A stretch of DNA of 63,743 bases, filler included, from Cercozoa sp. M6MM (taxonomy: Eukaryota > Protista > Endomyxa: Ascetosporea): NCBI GenBank assembly GCA_040357565.1. It is 8 parts of 8 records of this genome, joined end to end, with 100 filler letters (N's around TTAATTAATTAA, not from the genome) between each part and the next. Parts side by side here need not be neighbours in the genome. Positions count along the whole stretch, not along the records: positions 14,445 to 40,970 come from JBDODJ010000147.1; positions 41,071 to 58,983 come from JBDODJ010000246.1; 6 more parts are not named here. One strand, 5' to 3'. Below, in pieces: positions 38,864 to 51,100 of this stretch. Made by a program: the position numbers and the translations under genes. Each line of letters opens with the position of its first letter. Positions within the stretch are counted from its first letter, which is position 1. The notes beneath the pieces are model-generated. The model was not told where the DNA came from. It saw nothing but the letters and a program-made list of their open reading frames with translations, and ran no database searches.

Positions 38864-40112
38864 TTGCTACAGGACTTTGTCCCGCGGTGCCAGTGCTACA
38901 ATGACGAGTCGACCGACAGCGAATCACAAGAGGCGTCGGATACGTCAGCGTCTGACTCGTCGGCGCCTGCCCCGCAGTCGACTCCTCGCGCTATGGGCAT
39001 GTCGTTGCCAGCCATTGGTGTCGAGGTGCCCAAGCTCACGCTGTTCCGGCCGAGTCTTTGCCTGTCGACTCCGCGCTTCTCCGAAGAGAGCAATTCCGCG
39101 ACCATCGAGTTGCCGGCCTGCAAGTGCGCGGCGCCGAAAACAAGTACGCCCGTTCACAAGAGCGCCAACAGCAGCAGCAGTCGTAGCAGCAGCAGCAGCA
39201 ACGAGAACAAAGGCGAACCCAGCATTGACAAGGTGCCGCAGATCTCGTTACCTTCTGTGGCACTGCCGTTCCATCGAGGAAACGGACGTCCTCGGCCCAA
39301 ACTAGTGCTGTGCAAGAAGCGTCCGCGCACGCCTGTCCAAGAGCGAACCCAGCCACTCCATGTACATTTCTATTCTTCGTGTGTTGCCATTGCGACTCAT
39401 CTTGTTTTTGTGAATTTGACAGGCACCGTGGGCTAAATCTCCTGCGCGAAAGCCGAGAGCTGTGGCAGCCAAGTCCGAGTTGAAGGTGGTAGTTCCAGAG
39501 CAAGCCGAGCTGTTCGACCTGACTGCCGACGACGAGCACGACGAGCCGGCTGCCAAGCGATGCAAGCACGCCTGCGTGAACTGCTACAAGAGCAAGGTAG
39601 ACTTCGCATTTTGTTTTGAGGTTTTAATGTTATCGTATCTCAGACACGCTGCTCGGGCGAGCAGCCGTGCCGCCGCTGCGTGCGACTCGGCAAGGAGGAC
39701 TCGTGCGTCGTGCGACGACACAAGAAACTCGGCCGTCCGCGCAAGCCGCGCAAGGATGCGGCCGACGACGAGGTGCACGTGGGTTCAGTGCCTACCAGTG
39801 TGCCTGCTCCCATGCCGAGTGCTTCACTTGTTCCCAACAACACCACCACCAACAACAACAGTCAGACTGTGCCCATCCAACCACCGATGCAGTGGGTGTG
39901 GCATCAGCCACAACAGGTACCTTCTAACCACCTTTCTCTGTTGTAACGGATTCTCTGGACCTGTGCAGGTGCAGCTGCCGATGGCACCGCCGAATGTCGC
40001 CGTCGCATCAATGCCCGGGGCCGTACAGGTGCCGCAGTTCGCCGGATCGACCCAGTTCCGCTGTGCTCCCAATGCACTCGCACATGCGCCACGCTCGCTC
40101 GCTCTGAGGTGA
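38864..40112 (+). CDS. Zn(II)2Cys6 binuclear-cluster transcription factor
   Basis: Removing intron 39597-39643 gives ACVNCYKSKTRCSGEQPCRRCVRLGKEDSC (CX2CX6CX5CX2CX8C), then basic KKLGRPRK and a P/Q-rich tail. 5' end uncertain. Confidence 0.9.
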
Positions 40113-40370
40113 CACGACGCGACATGCTGCCGTTAGTCCAGTCTTCACCGCGGGCGAATTTCAAACTTGCCCGAATGCATGAATGTTAATTTACTTTAAA
40201 CTGAAGTTTCAGCGTTGCGTGTATAAGTACCAATAGCCAACTGTGCGCGCTACTTGTGAATAAAGTAATTGCGGTGCGATGTTGCGAGACGAAGGAAAAG
40301 GCTCCGAATGAGATCGCTCAGCGCAGAACCTTTTCGGGGAGAGACAGTGTCGGTTTTTCGGTTTGCTTTA

Positions 40371-40905
40371 GTCAGCCGCGTCCATGTCGTCCGTCATACC
40401 ACCGTCCTCGGGAGGCAGCATGCCTGTACATCCAAAGAGATGGGGAAGGGGGAGGGGGTAAACACTGTCAAACACCTAAAGGTACCGAGCAAGGCACGCA
40501 GCTGCTCGAGATTGTCGGCCGAGATCACAAGCTGATTCTGAGTGGCCAGGAGGTGAAGGGTAAAGGGAAGTAAAAGCGGGGAGGGGGAGGGAGGGGAAGC
40601 CTACATTCTCGCCGACCGAGAGCGCAAACGGCGAGCCTTCAGCCGGCGCGGCCTCGGGAATGTGCTGCAGCTTGTCGTGCACCTTCCTTCGCAGCTCCTT
40701 GCTCTCGTTACTCGGCTGCGCCACTGAGTCCAGATCATCCAGCACGGCCTGCAGGAACTTGCGGTCGTCCTGCACACGGGGGAGGGGGTAAAGGGGTAGG
40801 ATTAAAGGTAGGGGAGGAAGGTAAACATACATTCTCCGGCGCTGCAGCGACGGCAACGCCCGGAATGTACTTTTTCGTCGTGTTGGCAAAGTCGCCAGAC
40901 TGACC
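40371..40905 (-). CDS. 3' part of an unidentified gene
   Basis: Exons DDRKFLQAVLDDLDSVAQ..GEN | LLATQNQLVISADNLEQLRALL between C-rich introns. Confidence 0.5.
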
Positions 40906-42050
40906 CTACGGGGGGGGGGGGGGGGGGGGGTAGGGGTGGGGTAAGGGAATAGGAGATAAAACCCCGCCGTNNNNNNNNNNNNNNNNNNNNNNNNNNNNNN
41001 NNNNNNNNNNNNNNTTAATTAATTAANNNNNNNNNNNNNNNNNNNNNNNNNNNNNNNNNNNNNNNNNNNNGCAAATTTCGCGTTTCTGCTCTTGCTGCGT
41101 GCAGTCGCTCGGTCAGCGAGGCACTCTCTTTCAGCAGCACTTGTGTTTGCGTTTCCTACAATGGTCATATTTAATTAATCGTCAGAACAAACCGCTTCAG
41201 TTCGAGTTGAAACGTGAACAGCAAACTGAAGAAGCTTGAAACGAATGCGACAAAACTGTTACCTGTTCGTGAAGCGAAAGCAATCTGTCACTATTGATTT
41301 TCTTTGTTTATGTGGTGCTACCTGCGTGGCTTCTCTGAACTCGGGTGGTGCATCTCGCAGTGTGACACAAAGTTTGATGATCCATAGAACCGCGATCAAA
41401 ATAGGGATTCTCGGAAGAAGATTCATCGAGCTGTTGGATCTGTGGCAGTCGACGTAGATTTTGTGGTCATTCACGAGCTCGGTCGCCTCCAACGTTTGCA
41501 CTATTTCGGCAACACCAATGGCTATCGCCTGCGGTAGCACCAGGGAGTGCACGAAACCATCCTGAAAAGCTGTGGAACACCTGTTGAGTAGGGTAGCCTT
41601 TTTGCAGCTGAACCCAAAGAAGGGCTCTCTCTCGACCAGGTAATATGATCTCTCCAGGAACAGTTGTCTTCGCTTCTACCTGTCCTTTGCCTTTCTAGAG
41701 GCCCTTCTTTTCTTCACTTCACGCCAACCCAAGTACTTCTGAATCCTCACTACTTAGTTCTGACGACCGCCTTTCCGTCTCGGGGACCTTTTTGACTGTC
41801 CTTTCTACAGTTATCTGACGGGTGACTTTCCCGCCCATCAGTGCATCTAGTTCTTCGAGACCTGACAAGAAAGTAGTCAGTGTTACCGGCCTAATACACC
41901 GCCCGCTTGGAGCCATCCAACTGCCCATCTTGAACTTTCCTATCTGGCCAATCTTCTTCAGGGCACATGACACATGGAAAAACAATATCGTACGTGACTA
42001 ATGTTACGGTGTACGAGACAGTAGGCAAGCCGGCGGGCTGGAATTACAAA

Positions 42051-43377
42051 TTACGAGTCGTGATCGAGAATAGGCCGCCGTGGCCACTCTTCGGTACGTG
42101 TGACGGTGTCAGTGACGGCGTCAGTGACGGTGTCTGTGACGGTGCCCTGTTGAAACGGCAGCGTAGCGGCAGTTCTCGGCGAGCCCGAGTTTTCGCTGCA
42201 TGGACGGCCGGGCACATTCGACTCCGTCCGCGCGGAGGCAGAGATATCGGAGCGAACGCCGCGTCGCGAAGCCGGTGGCGATGACGGCGCAGCGTCCTGC
42301 TGCAACTGTTCGCGCAGTGTGTCAGCTTTCACAAACACACGTAGAAAACAACAAGAAAACTGAACAAACAACACTAGAAACAACAACCAAACAACAACAA
42401 AACAACAAACAAGAAAAACAACAAAACAACAAAACAACAAAACAACAAAACAACAACAACAAACAACAAAAAACAACAAGAAACAACAAAAAAACAAGAA
42501 ACAACAAGAAAAAACAACAAAAACAACAACAGGAAAAACGGAATACCGTGTGCGCGAAACGACGCGAAACGCGGCAGCAGCTGACTCGTGTCGAAGGACG
42601 GGTCCTCTGGCTTGCGCTGCCGCTCCTGGAACACGGGCGCGCATTCGCGCAGCTGCTGCTCGAATCGCTGCACGAAGCGCGACAACACGGCGGCCGTGAA
42701 CTCGCGTGCAAAGGCGTGTTCCACCTAGGCATACACATACACAGATTCACACACACACACACAGGTGACAGACAGAGAAGGCACTGTGGGTCGGTAGAAA
42801 CCGGCGCACACGAGGTTGAGTTCCGGCTCGCGCACAGCCACCAGTTCGAGACCAGTCTGGCGTTTCTCAAAGGCACGACGCGCCAGTTTCGACGGCATGG
42901 CACTGAGCGCTTGTGAGCCGAAACGCGGCTGGAAACGCGAGCTTTGCAGACGACCCGTGCCACGCATCGGCGGCTCGAAACTCACCTTGCAGAAGTTGCC
43001 TGTGCCACCAAGACACATCAAAGAAACAACAGCACAACACAACGACAAAGAAACAACAACACACAGAAAACAACAACGAAGAAAAACAACAAAACTACCG
43101 TCATCAAACTCGCGTGAGAACTGAAAGAAAAACTGGAGCAGACCGCAGACGCCGGTGGCGTCGTACTCGCGTGCCGTTGGGTCCTCTAAAGAAAACGAAT
43201 ACGTTTACAGTGACACGACATACAAAAAAGCGACTCACCGTTGTTTGTACTGTTGGTTGGCACTACACGAGTGCTGGAGAAAAGATCCTCGTGCGGCAGC
43301 GAGCTCTGCTCCGAGACCCACTGCCGATCGAACAGACACAGGCCCGACTCGAAGTGAAATATATTGATTCGTTGCAT
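42051..43377 (-). CDS. Longin-like domain protein
   Basis: MQRINIFHFESGLCLFDRQW..GVCGLLQFFFQFSREFD..KVSF..LELVAV..LVCAGFY..AVLSRFVQRF follows the longin beta-beta-alpha-beta-beta-beta-alpha pattern; introns are (TTG)n-rich. Confidence 0.55.
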
Positions 43378-43710
43378 CTTTTAGCTCTGGACACCGCCGA
43401 CAGGCTATCCCAAAGCTAGAGCACGTGTATGCACACAGCAACAAAACTAACAACACTGGGAGGTTTGGTGTTCGTTTTTGATCGCCTGCTGACCCTAAGC
43501 GTGCAGCGGCATTTAGGCAATAAAATCTTATCTTTCGTCAATTTTTAAACCAAATATGCGTGTGCTGACTGTTTATGTCAGTTTAAGAGCACCCTGCTCG
43601 ACCAAGTATAATTTTCTGTATTTGGCTGTCGACAAATACCAATTTCCCCTGCATGGGTTCCCGTGGAATAGTACTAATGGCAGTGAGCAAGGAATGCGTA
43701 TGAGCCATAA

Positions 43711-46700
43711 ATGCAGCCAGTTCAGTTCCAAAGTGCCAATTTTGGCTCTGCTGCTGATCGAGACCGGTCAGAGTATCTCGAGCAGAACATCTCGGTTCTC
43801 GAGAGCACTCTCCAGCAGTTGCGTGTACAAAACACACGAGCCAAGAAAGTACTGAACCTACGGTGCTCCTTGTTGTATTTCAGTGATTTTTTAACTGTGT
43901 GATGTACTAGGTGATCGAAGCTTTGCGGACCGAACTGGATTCGGAAAGAGCAGCTAGGGAGAAACTAGCCGCAGAATTCGAAGCCACCGCGGGGACTTTG
44001 CGACCCTCAACTCATTTCTGAAAGTGTTTGTTAGCCGAACAGGATGCTGAAGCAAAAGTTGCTCTCGCTTTTAATGAGTAAAGCGTTGTTTGCAACCAAC
44101 CGTTGATTGTGCTGGATACAACTGGCTGTGAATTGTGCGCAGCGTTCCGCAAGAAGCGGAGGATGCCGAGATACAAAACAGAGAGATACGCGAAATAAAA
44201 GCTAACGCTCTTGCAGCGTTGCAGCAGCTGCAAATGGTCGATGGACTGGGCGATACGCGTGCTAAACGGTGCCATCGAACAACTTTTGACTTTGTCGGAG
44301 TGTTTGTGATTGTATCGGTGTTCACTTCATTAGAGATAAAGGCAAAGAACTGGATACAAACGATGATAACGACAAGTGGTATTGCCGCTATTGGCTCAAA
44401 GCTGCAAATCTCCCGAATCGCTTCCTTGCGCTGCTTCCGGTACAGTGAGTTTATCATATCGTCAAAAACTGTGTAGTAAGAGTGATCATGAGTTGAAGCA
44501 CTCTGCAGTTGAAAGACGATATCGCCAGAGTGAACTCGCGTTTTGGTGCCGGAATTGCTCAGTTCTTTGCCTTCTACCGGTTCGTGGTATCACATCATAT
44601 TTATCTGTACTTCTATTAAAGCCTTTCGAAAGTCATGGCATCCCTCAGGTGCTGTGCATGCTGCTGATGACGCTGGTGTGGCTGCCGCACTTGATCCAAG
44701 TGGCTTCTTCTGTGGGCTGGGGTCGCTTTCTCGCTCCCGCCATGTTCTCCAGCGTACGTTCAACGCAACAGATGGAAGTAGGTGCCTTGTGTGCTACTCA
44801 ATTTTCTTGCAGCAAGGTGGCAATAGTGTCGTGCCTGTTGGCTCGTTGATATCAACGCACCCATCCGATCTTTCAGTCGGTTTTGTTGTGTCGCTTTGCG
44901 TCGCCTTTGTTGTGCTCCTGCTGCTTGCACTGACTCGACTCATCAACGATGCTGTATGGATTTTTTTAGCGCTGTATATCTGTTATCAAGTCGATTGTTC
45001 TTGACAGACACGAAGAAGACGAAAGGAGGCAATGACCGCACTTTCTGGAGGAGAAGATGTCACCGTTCTCTCAAGGTATCAGGGCATTTGTGGTTCTCGT
45101 GTTTTAGGCTCTAAAGAACAGAGCAGTTTCGCAGATCGACACTAGCTCCGTGGGATTTTGGTGCCAGTTTCGATGCGCGCACCGCGCAAGAAAACCGACT
45201 CGCTTTGGTATACGAAAGTGTGTACTTAATTTTATGTTGCGAATTGAAATCGCTTGGGTTGTTTCAGTCGGAGCAAATCAATGCGCACCTGTTTCGACTG
45301 CAACTGGAAGCCCGGCTCGCTCTGCGAACGAAAGCTCAGTGGACGTAAATTTACCATCAACAGGACAGTATTCCCTAAAGGTGTCTCTGTCTGAGAGTGT
45401 GATCTGCAGGAAACTGTGGATACGGCGCATCGTTGGTGTTCTTGTGAACACGGCGATTCTGTTCAGCGCTTGTTTCGCCATGTGAGCTTTAACTTTAAGT
45501 CGAACACGCTTCGTAAAAATAACAAAACAGTATGACTCGGGTTTAATATGTGAACTGCAGTGTCTGGCTTGCGACGAACAAAGACACTGTGCGCGAAAGT
45601 TTGGCGAATTCGTCGTTTGATTTTGGAGCCGAACTTGCTGCGGTAAGTCGAGCTTTCAGGGATTTTGTATGACTGACAAAAATAATGTTGTAGCCGTTTG
45701 CGACTGCCGCACTTGGTGTTCTTTTGCCGGTACAGCTCTTGTTGTCTCTTCTTCAGTCGCTTAATTATTTGAGGGATTGAAACAGTCGATCGTGCTGGTG
45801 ATTGTGAATGCCGAACGCTGGGACACTGAAGCTTTGCGACTGAAGCATCTGACATGGCGACTCTTCCTTGCTCGGTACCTACAGTCTCCATAAACTGTGC
45901 ATTTAAGGTGACCTGTGTGTAGTCAAGTTGCAGTTATGGTGAACGTTTTGGCACTTCTCGCTGTTGCCAGAGGACAGTCTGTCGTATTCATTCCATTTTT
46001 GATTTACGCTGGCGTGTCATGCGCTCTCTTATTATCCTTTTCTTGCAGCTGAACCTCAACTTGGACTCAAGCTACGACACTAACGAATTCTTGTGCGCCG
46101 AAGATGCCGCAGGTACCATACATACATACATGCAACGTACGTACATACATACATACATACATACATACATACATACATACATACATACNNNNNNNNNNAC
46201 ATACATACATACATACATACATACATACATACATACATCATAAACATATGTATACATACATACATACATACAACTACACACATACATACATACATACAAG
46301 ATACATACATCCATACATACATCATACAGACATACATCAGACACATATGCAGACACACTTACATATATACATCATACATACATACGTGTACCATGTTTAT
46401 ACAGCGGCGGGTCTGTTGTACCTGGTGTTGGCGGAGTTTTTCGTGTCAAAAGCGGCCAAGATCGGGGTCTATTCAGTAAAGTCGGCGCTGGCGCAGTGTG
46501 TCACCAAAGCGTGTTTCAACAACAACGACATAAACAGGAGGTAGCGCTCTTCGCTTATTCCCAAAGGGACATGTATCGTTTGTTTAACAGGCGAGTGCAC
46601 CCGAAAGGACGCCAGATGACGCCCAAATCTCCGGTGCTTGAGTTTATCTGCTCTGATAAGACAGTACTCACAACTGAGAATGAGCAGAGCAGGTTTGTAT

Positions 46701-47696
46701 CAATATTGCTGATCCTGTTTCGACACGCAACGTGTATGTCACCTTTTTGCTTCCAACTCTCCCAGTATTTCATCTGTTAAAAAACTCAACAAAAGGGCGA
46801 GCAAGCGACGCAGGCAACGAACTGCTGGTCTTCACTTCGCTTGCTTTCGCTGCTACACCGGTACCATACCAAACATATGCAAGCTATTATCTTTGTATTA
46901 AAAATAATATAAGTCAGTTATATCATATGCAGATGAGTCCACTGGCAAGTTTGATAGCAGGCCCTCTGCTGTTGTTTAACTTTAAATTCGAGAGGGTATG
47001 TTGAGTGTCCTGCGGCGTGTTTGAGAGGTACAGGGGTCAGTATTCTCAGGGAACCGTGATTGAGAAACTGCGAGGCAAGCCGCAATCTGCAGTGGTACAA
47101 ACCGAAACTTCCCTTCCGCTGTGGAACTTGTGATTTTAGATCCATAATGTCAAAGGGCACTGGCGGCTTTCTGGATTCGTTTTTTGTCAAGTTTTACGTC
47201 GTAACACGTAGGTTTCGGTGTATTCGTAGTGTGTTTATTGACTGAGAGGAAAAACTGATTTGGCGCAGTGGGAATGTTCGGTTTCGTGGCGCTGCTGACG
47301 CTGTTCTCGTCACTGCCGTGCAAGGACATCGACGGGGTGCCGCAGGGACTCTTCAAAGACACGCGCGACTACATGCCATGGTATGCTGCCGGGCTTGTTT
47401 AAAGCATCAATGTTGAAACGTTCAGGTTTATCTTGACGGACGAGGTGTTTCAACAAGGCGGTGGCACGTCCACAGGAACGTGGATACTAGAGGTGCTTGC
47501 AACGCCTCTGCTACCCACTGCAATTGCCTTGTTTGCAGTCACTCGGTGGTATATTATCAACTCTGCCCCTAAGGAGTGCGAGAGTTCGAGTTTACTTGAC
47601 GTGTGGTCAGGCGAATCAGTCGGAGTGACGCGCGGTTTCGCGCTGCCTTGGCGATCAGCACTCTGGTACCTAGTCCGTTCCCCCACTCTGGTTTGA
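43711..47696 (+). CDS. Transmembrane channel-like (TMC) family protein
   Basis: LKDDIARVNSRFGAGIAQFFAFYR (44509-44579; TMC IExxFGxGVxSYFxFLR-like), CAEDAA..LYLVLAEFF (CWET-like), LEFICSDKTV, FAATP|MSPLASLI..FNFKFER, PC..QGLF; multiple TMs. Confidence 0.72.
46115..46400. repeat. (TACA)n microsatellite intron with 10-N gap
   Basis: Directly visible. Confidence 0.95.
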
Positions 47697-48109
47697 GAGA
47701 CAGAAATGCGTATTAGGCCAAGCACAACCGCGACGTGGACGCACTGCGGCGCACGGTGCAGCGGCAGGAGGCCATGTTGCGTGTCCAGCGCAACCAGCAA
47801 ACTTACTAATCAGCCAATCGCGTCGGGGAGATATTTGAGTCTCGTCTTATCTTCACCGATTCAGTAACTACTAATTGAGCGCTGGTGCGTGACGGCTGCA
47901 CGTGTGTCCCCGCGCAGAGACCGCCCGGTCACCCGCGCCGTCGCGTTGAAAAAAAAATTTAAATTTCGGTTACGGTCGGTTAAATTGAAAGAAGACTGTG
48001 TACGACCCCAACATTTGCACGAATTTCAGTTGCAGGTTCGGCGCCGTCCGCGCGGTGCAAGCAAGACCAACCACGACAGGACCCGACCGCGGCAACCCGA
48101 CCGCGGCAA

Positions 48110-51100
48110 TCAAACTGACGCGACTTGATCAGCAGCGTCACCTTCCTTGGTTTCTTCGGCCTCGTCGTCGTCGTCGTCGGCGACGGTGAAGTCGGCCATG
48201 AGTCGCAGCGTCTCCTCGTCATCGATCGGAGCGCCAGGTGCCTCGTCCTAAGGGTAGACCTCCATCCAAGAGGCACAGATGGGGTCACAAGGCAGGGGAG
48301 GTACCTCAGGTGGACGCAGGAAGACCTGCGGGTCCTCGGCGTCGTCGGAGGTGTCGTCGTCGTCGGAGGTGTCGCTGCAGCTGATCTGTAGGTCGCTCAG
48401 GCTCTCGAGTGTCTCGCCCACGCGCTCCGACGAGTGCGCCAGCGACGAGATGATGTCTTCGTCGTCTTCGTCGTCGTCCGAGCTGACGTTGTCGGCCACG
48501 TCGGCGTAGTTCACGGCCAGTCGTGCACGCGTCCGCTGCTGCCACTCGCGCAGCTCCTCCTGCGAGGGGGGTAAGTATGTCGGAGAGTAAAGATGTAGGA
48601 GTAAAGATGTAAAGATGTAGGAGTAAAGATGTAAAGATGTAGGGATAATGTAAAGGGGTGGGGGTAGGGGTAGGGTAACACCTCGTATAGCGACCAAGCT
48701 GCGCAGTGACGCAAACGACCGGCCAAGTCGAAGCGACGCTCGTCCGCTTCGGCAGCACAACTGGGGGGGGGGGGGGAAGGACGAGGGGAGAGGTGGGGGG
48801 GGGGGTAAACGCACATGTGCTCCATGGCGAGCTGCTGCTGCATGGCCAGGTGTTGGCGCAGCGCCTCGTTGTCTTCGTCGTCCGAGTCGACCGGCGCCAG
48901 TGTACTCAGCGACGACGCGTTCGACCACGTCGACGCCGCCAGTAGTTCCTCCGGCGGCTCACTACATCGATACCTCCTTCTCACCCCTCTGTTGACCCCC
49001 TCTTTTCCCCCTCTAGAAACAAGGTACGGCAATGAGATGCCCAGATCCGCTGCTGTCACCTGTGTCGTCTCTGCACATAAGGGGGGGGGGGGGTAAGTGT
49101 GGGTCAGGTGGTAAGGAGGGTAAAGGTACCACCCAGCACACGCAGACGCATGGACTGAAAGTGCGCCCTCTCGGCCAGCAAAGCCAGTAACTGACACGCT
49201 CGCTCCCTTAACAAAACCACAGATCAGTCCATTTGTACGCTCCGCTAACACTTAAGGGGGACACAAACGCACCGTCCAATATTCGTGAGTGATGTGCCGT
49301 CCAGTACGCCCAGCAATGTGCTCAACTTCAGGGTGGGGGGGGGGGTAAAGAGGGGGGTAAAGAGGGGGGTAAAGACGGGCAAAGTACCAAGATATCGCAG
49401 TTGTCGCTGTCGTCACGACCCAGCAAAAAACGCAGCGAGTCGTGACGCTCGTCCACTGTGGGGGGGGGGGGGGTAAACAGGGGGGTAAACAGAGGGGTAA
49501 ATAGGGAGATGACAGGGGGTAAACAGGGGGGTAAACAGGGGGGTAAACAGGTGGGTAAACAGGGGGGTAAAGGCCTACCGAGCAGCGCAAAAGCGGCGGC
49601 GAACTTGGCGCCGAAAACATCGGCGCGCACGCAGTCGACGAGGCACTCGAAGCAGCTGCGCCAGAAGGCGCCGTCGTCTGCCTCGCTCTGCATGCACTCA
49701 CTTTACCCCCTACGCTACCCCCTACCCCTACCCTACCTACCCTACCCTACCCTACCCTACCCCTATAGGCCCTGCCTACCCACCCTACCCCTGTCACTCC
49801 CCTACCCCTACCTCTCCCCCCTTCCCCCCCCCCCCCCCAGAGAAGCGAGTCACCAAGGCAGACAGGAGCGACCAGGTCGACACGGCGTCGTCGTCTTGAA
49901 CAAGCGTGTCCTCGTCCTCCAGAGGAATCGTCACATCCAGGATACCATCCTCTGTCACCCATGTGGTCACCCATATCACCCCAGTGGTCACACATATGAT
50001 CACTCCATGTGATCTCCCATATGATCACCCCATATGATCACTAGGCACCTGCCTCGGCCGAGTTGAACGGTTCGTTTCGAATCGACTCCACCAGCGCGAT
50101 CAACTGCACACATGCCGACTTTTACCCCCCCCTTTACCCCCCTATCGAGATGCACTACAATGTCCAACACGAGCGATCGCAGGTGCAGTCCGCGCGCCGT
50201 GTCGGTCGGCATGTTCGACGTCACCCTACGGAGGGGGGTAAGGGGGGGGGGGGGGTAAACAGGGGGGTAAAGGTACAGCGCCAGTGGCGACAACTGCTGC
50301 TGCACGGCGTCGAAAACATCCTTCCGGTACCGTCGCTGTCCATTTGTACGGAAACGTACCACCGTCCATTTGTACCGACAGGGTCCATTTGTACTGACAG
50401 AGTTTGTACCAGAAGATTCTCCTGCGGCGGCTGCAACATCATGCGCATCGGGTCGATCACATGCGAGTGTACCTGTCGGGGGGGGGGGGGGGGGGGAGGG
50501 GGGGCAAGGAAAGCGGGGGGGTAACCGGGGGGAAAAAGGGGGGGGGGGTAAATACCGTGAGTGCCAGCACGGCGAGTTGGTCACGTGCGTCACCGTCAGA
50601 GTCACCGTCGGAGTCAGTCCGACTGAGGGCACTGACGGTGGCACGTGCCAGTGCCGTCAGCGCACGTGCCAACCGTCGCTCACCGAACAGTCGCGGCGAC
50701 GTCGTACGCGCCGCCAGTTCCACCACACACGTCTGCAACAGACGCACCTCCGCGCGGACGCCTGTGACCCAGGACATGTGCCAACCCAGTCAGTCGCCCA
50801 GTCACCCCCCCCCCCCCCAGTCAGTCACCCCCAGTCAGTCACGTGTCCCACTGTACCTTCCTCAGACGACTCGCGAATCGCCGTTTCGAGCCGTTCTACA
50901 CTGCGGCCTGTGGGGGGGGGGTAAACAGGGGGGTAAACAGGGGGGTAAACAGGGCTAAGGAGGGTGGGGAGGGGGTAAGGAGGGGGTAAGGGGGGGTAGG
51001 GGGGTAACCAATGAGATCGAAGCCGTCGTCGGCGGACACGAGGAGTCGCGCGAAGGACTGCTGCAGGCAGGCCAGTTCGTTGACCTGGTCACACACCGGT

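Noticed and set aside
41071-41990. PHD-like FHVSCA gene on the minus strand
   Set aside because: Other Cys ligands are absent and frames are interrupted by stops; cannot be supported.
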